This document shows, piece by piece, positions 30,208 to 32,000 of a DNA stretch of 32,000 nucleotides (within the stretch, counting starts at the first letter, position 1; every line of letters begins with the position of its first letter). The stretch spans positions 4,230,001-4,262,000 of the forward strand of contig NZ_CP015137.1 in assembly GCF_001644705.1 (NCBI RefSeq), in the 5' to 3' direction. Below the pieces are notes generated by a model. That model searched no databases. It was not told the origin of the DNA and saw only the letters and a list, made by a program, of their open reading frames with translations. The stretch is from Dickeya solani IPO 2222. GTDB lineage: Bacteria; Pseudomonadota; Gammaproteobacteria; Enterobacterales; Enterobacteriaceae. A program made the position numbers and the translations under genes.

Positions 30208-30342
30208 CAGGGGCTTTCTTGTCACGATGCGAAGTGGATGGCAGTGGCGAGGGAGGCGTCTGGCTACCGTCGGGGTCAACCAAACGCAGGTGGCTACTAT
30301 CAAACACGTGCTTAACGCATGATTAATTGTCCGGAGCCTGTT
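30208..30342 (+). promoter_or_regulatory. Conserved ~135-nt leader/upstream module of MCP 4
   Basis: Carries caggggctttcttgtcacgatgcgaag, aaccaaacgcaggtggct and ccggagcctgttATG, the same order and spacing as upstream of MCP 2 and MCP 3. Confidence 0.35.
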
Positions 30343-32000
30343 ATGACTTTTTTAAGAAATATTACTGTCAGAAGAATGATGTTAATTATTCTGGCACTGT
30401 TTACCGTTATCTGGGGTATCACCTCTATTTATACACTGAACTCGTTCAGCAGCATGAACCACCTGCTGGATGACACGATAGACCAAAAGAAAAGTTTCTC
30501 GAATCTGGTTAAAGGCAATGATCAGTATTTCCGCTCGGTAACCCGGATGATGCGGGTGGTGGATTACCGGCAGTCTGGCGATACCGACAATGCGCAGAAG
30601 ACCCTGACCTCGGCGACCACCGCACTGAAAAATAGCGAAGAGGCGCTGGCGCAGTTTAGAAGCAGCGGGCATGTCGGCGTGGACGAGTCACTGGCGAAGC
30701 AGATGGTCGATGTCTGGAGTCGTTTACTGCAAACCGGAATGGCACCGATGCTGGCGGCGGTTAACGAAGGGCGGAACGACGATTTCCAGCAACTTTACCG
30801 CCAACAATATATGCCGCTGAGCGTGGAGTTTGGCGATGTGGCGAACAAATACGTCAACGCCATTCAGTCGGACGATACCATCACGGCGCTGAAGACACAC
30901 ATCACCATCAACAAGAATGTGCTACTGGCCGCGCTGATTATTGGCGTTATCGTGCTGTTCCTGAGCGACCGTTATCTGGTCAATTATTTGGTGAAACCGA
31001 TTGGTCAGATTAAACGCCATCTGGAATTGCTGACCAGCGGTAAACTCGGCGCGGAACTGGATGAGTTCGGCCGCAACTGCGCCGGCCAGTTGATCCCCTA
31101 TATCCGGGCGATGCAGCATAGCCTGAGCGATACCGTACAGACTATTCATACCAGTTCGTCGGTGATCCATACCGGCACCGGCGAAATTCGGCAGGGTAAC
31201 GATGAACTGTCGCGCCGTACCGACCAGCAGGCCGCCGCCTTGCAGGAAACCGCCGCCAGCATGGAAGAGCTGACGTCGACGGTAAAAAACAACGCCGATA
31301 ACGTGCGTCAGGCCCGGCAGATTTCGGAAGAGGCGCAGCAGATGGCCCGGCAGGGCGGTGACATTACCGAAAGCGTGGTGACCACCATGCAGAGTATTTC
31401 CGACAGCTCCCGCAAGATTGCCGATATCACCAGCGTGATTAACGGCATCGCCTTCCAGACCAATATCCTGGCGCTGAATGCCGCGGTGGAAGCGGCGCGA
31501 GCCGGCGAGCAGGGGCGTGGTTTCGCGGTGGTGGCCGGGGAAGTTCGGAGTCTGGCACAGCGCAGCGCGCAGGCGGCCAAAGAGATTGAGACGCTGATCA
31601 GCGAATCGGTCGGCCGGGTGAATACCGGTTCTGAACTGGTGCGGGAAGCCGGCAGCGCCATGGAAGTGATTATTTCCTCGGTGTCGCGGGTACATGATCT
31701 GATGGGCGAGATTTCGGCGGCGTCCGACGAGCAGAGCCGGGGTATTGCGCAAATTGGTCAGGCGGTAACGGAAATGGACGGCGTGACGCAGCAGAACGCG
31801 GCGCTGGTGCAGGAAGCCACCACGGCGGCGGCCTCGTTGGAAGAGCAGGCGCGGAATCTGACGGCGGCGGTGGCGGCGTTTGACCTGGGCGACAAGCAGA
31901 CCGTACTGATTACTCCTCGCGCTGCTGTGCCGGCGCTGAAACGACCGGCGCTGAAAGCCTCTCTGCCGGCCAGTTCGTCTCACGGGAACTGGGAAACGTT
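30343..32000 (+). CDS. Methyl-accepting chemotaxis protein, paralogue 4 (C-terminal NWETF), 3' end runs off the window
   Basis: It is absent from the ORF track because no stop falls inside the window. I translated it by hand from ATG 30343: [25 protein letters not shown] ... [35 protein letters not shown] ... [23 protein letters not shown](F). The last codon is split by the window end. Confidence 0.9.
   Translation, partial: MTFLRNITVRRMMLIILALFTVIWGITSIYTLNSFSSMNHLLDDTIDQKKSFSNLVKGNDQYFRSVTRMMRVVDYRQSGDTDNAQKTLTSATTALKNSEEALAQFRSSGHVGVDESLAKQMVDVWSRLLQTGMAPMLAAVNEGRNDDFQQLYRQQYMPLSVEFGDVANKYVNAIQSDDTITALKTHITINKNVLLAALIIGVIVLFLSDRYLVNYLVKPIGQIKRHLELLTSGKLGAELDEFGRNCAGQLIPYIRAMQHSLSDTVQTIHTSSSVIHTGTGEIRQGNDELSRRTDQQAAALQETAASMEELTSTVKNNADNVRQARQISEEAQQMARQGGDITESVVTTMQSISDSSRKIADITSVINGIAFQTNILALNAAVEAARAGEQGRGFAVVAGEVRSLAQRSAQAAKEIETLISESVGRVNTGSELVREAGSAMEVIISSVSRVHDLMGEISAASDEQSRGIAQIGQAVTEMDGVTQQNAALVQEATTAAASLEEQARNLTAAVAAFDLGDKQTVLITPRAAVPALKRPALKASLPASSSHGNWET

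Overview
This looks like a chromosomal segment from a soft-rot enterobacterium, probably Dickeya-like Pectobacteriaceae. That assignment is my inference from GC-rich coding DNA, E. coli-like synteny, a SotB orthologue, ERIC repeats and many chemoreceptor genes. The conserved backbone is fruK(partial)-fruA, nfo-yeiH / yeiE-lysP, sotB, a two-gene sugar-type ABC importer remnant, hcxA(ybdH)-like dehydrogenase, a KTSC-domain gene, and LysR-frmA-fghA for formaldehyde detoxification. Three accessory insertions interrupt it. (1) An orphan 236-aa gene at 2573-3283 carries a caspase/CHAT-like His...Cys strand pattern. It sits where E. coli has yeiI-psuK. (2) The most interesting region is a compact five-gene cassette at 9947-15082, preceded by a ~0.5 kb AT-rich leader. 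It encodes a KAS III(FabH)-like enzyme, an FkbH-like glyceryl-ACP synthase, an ACP, a stand-alone E2-type (DHRxxDG) acyltransferase and an alpha/beta-hydrolase. This is the gene set of acetylation-elimination tetronate pathways (agglomerin type). An enlarged ERIC repeat lies inside the cassette. (3) A tandem array of four methyl-accepting chemotaxis protein paralogues spans 23377 to beyond 32000. Their signalling halves are near-identical and their periplasmic sensor domains are diverged. They also differ in C-terminal pentapeptide (none / DWETF / DWETF / NWETF), share a conserved ~135-nt leader, and the fourth has a 4 x 14-bp tandem repeat upstream. All protein-family calls rest on motifs and remembered homologue sequences read by eye. 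No database search was run.
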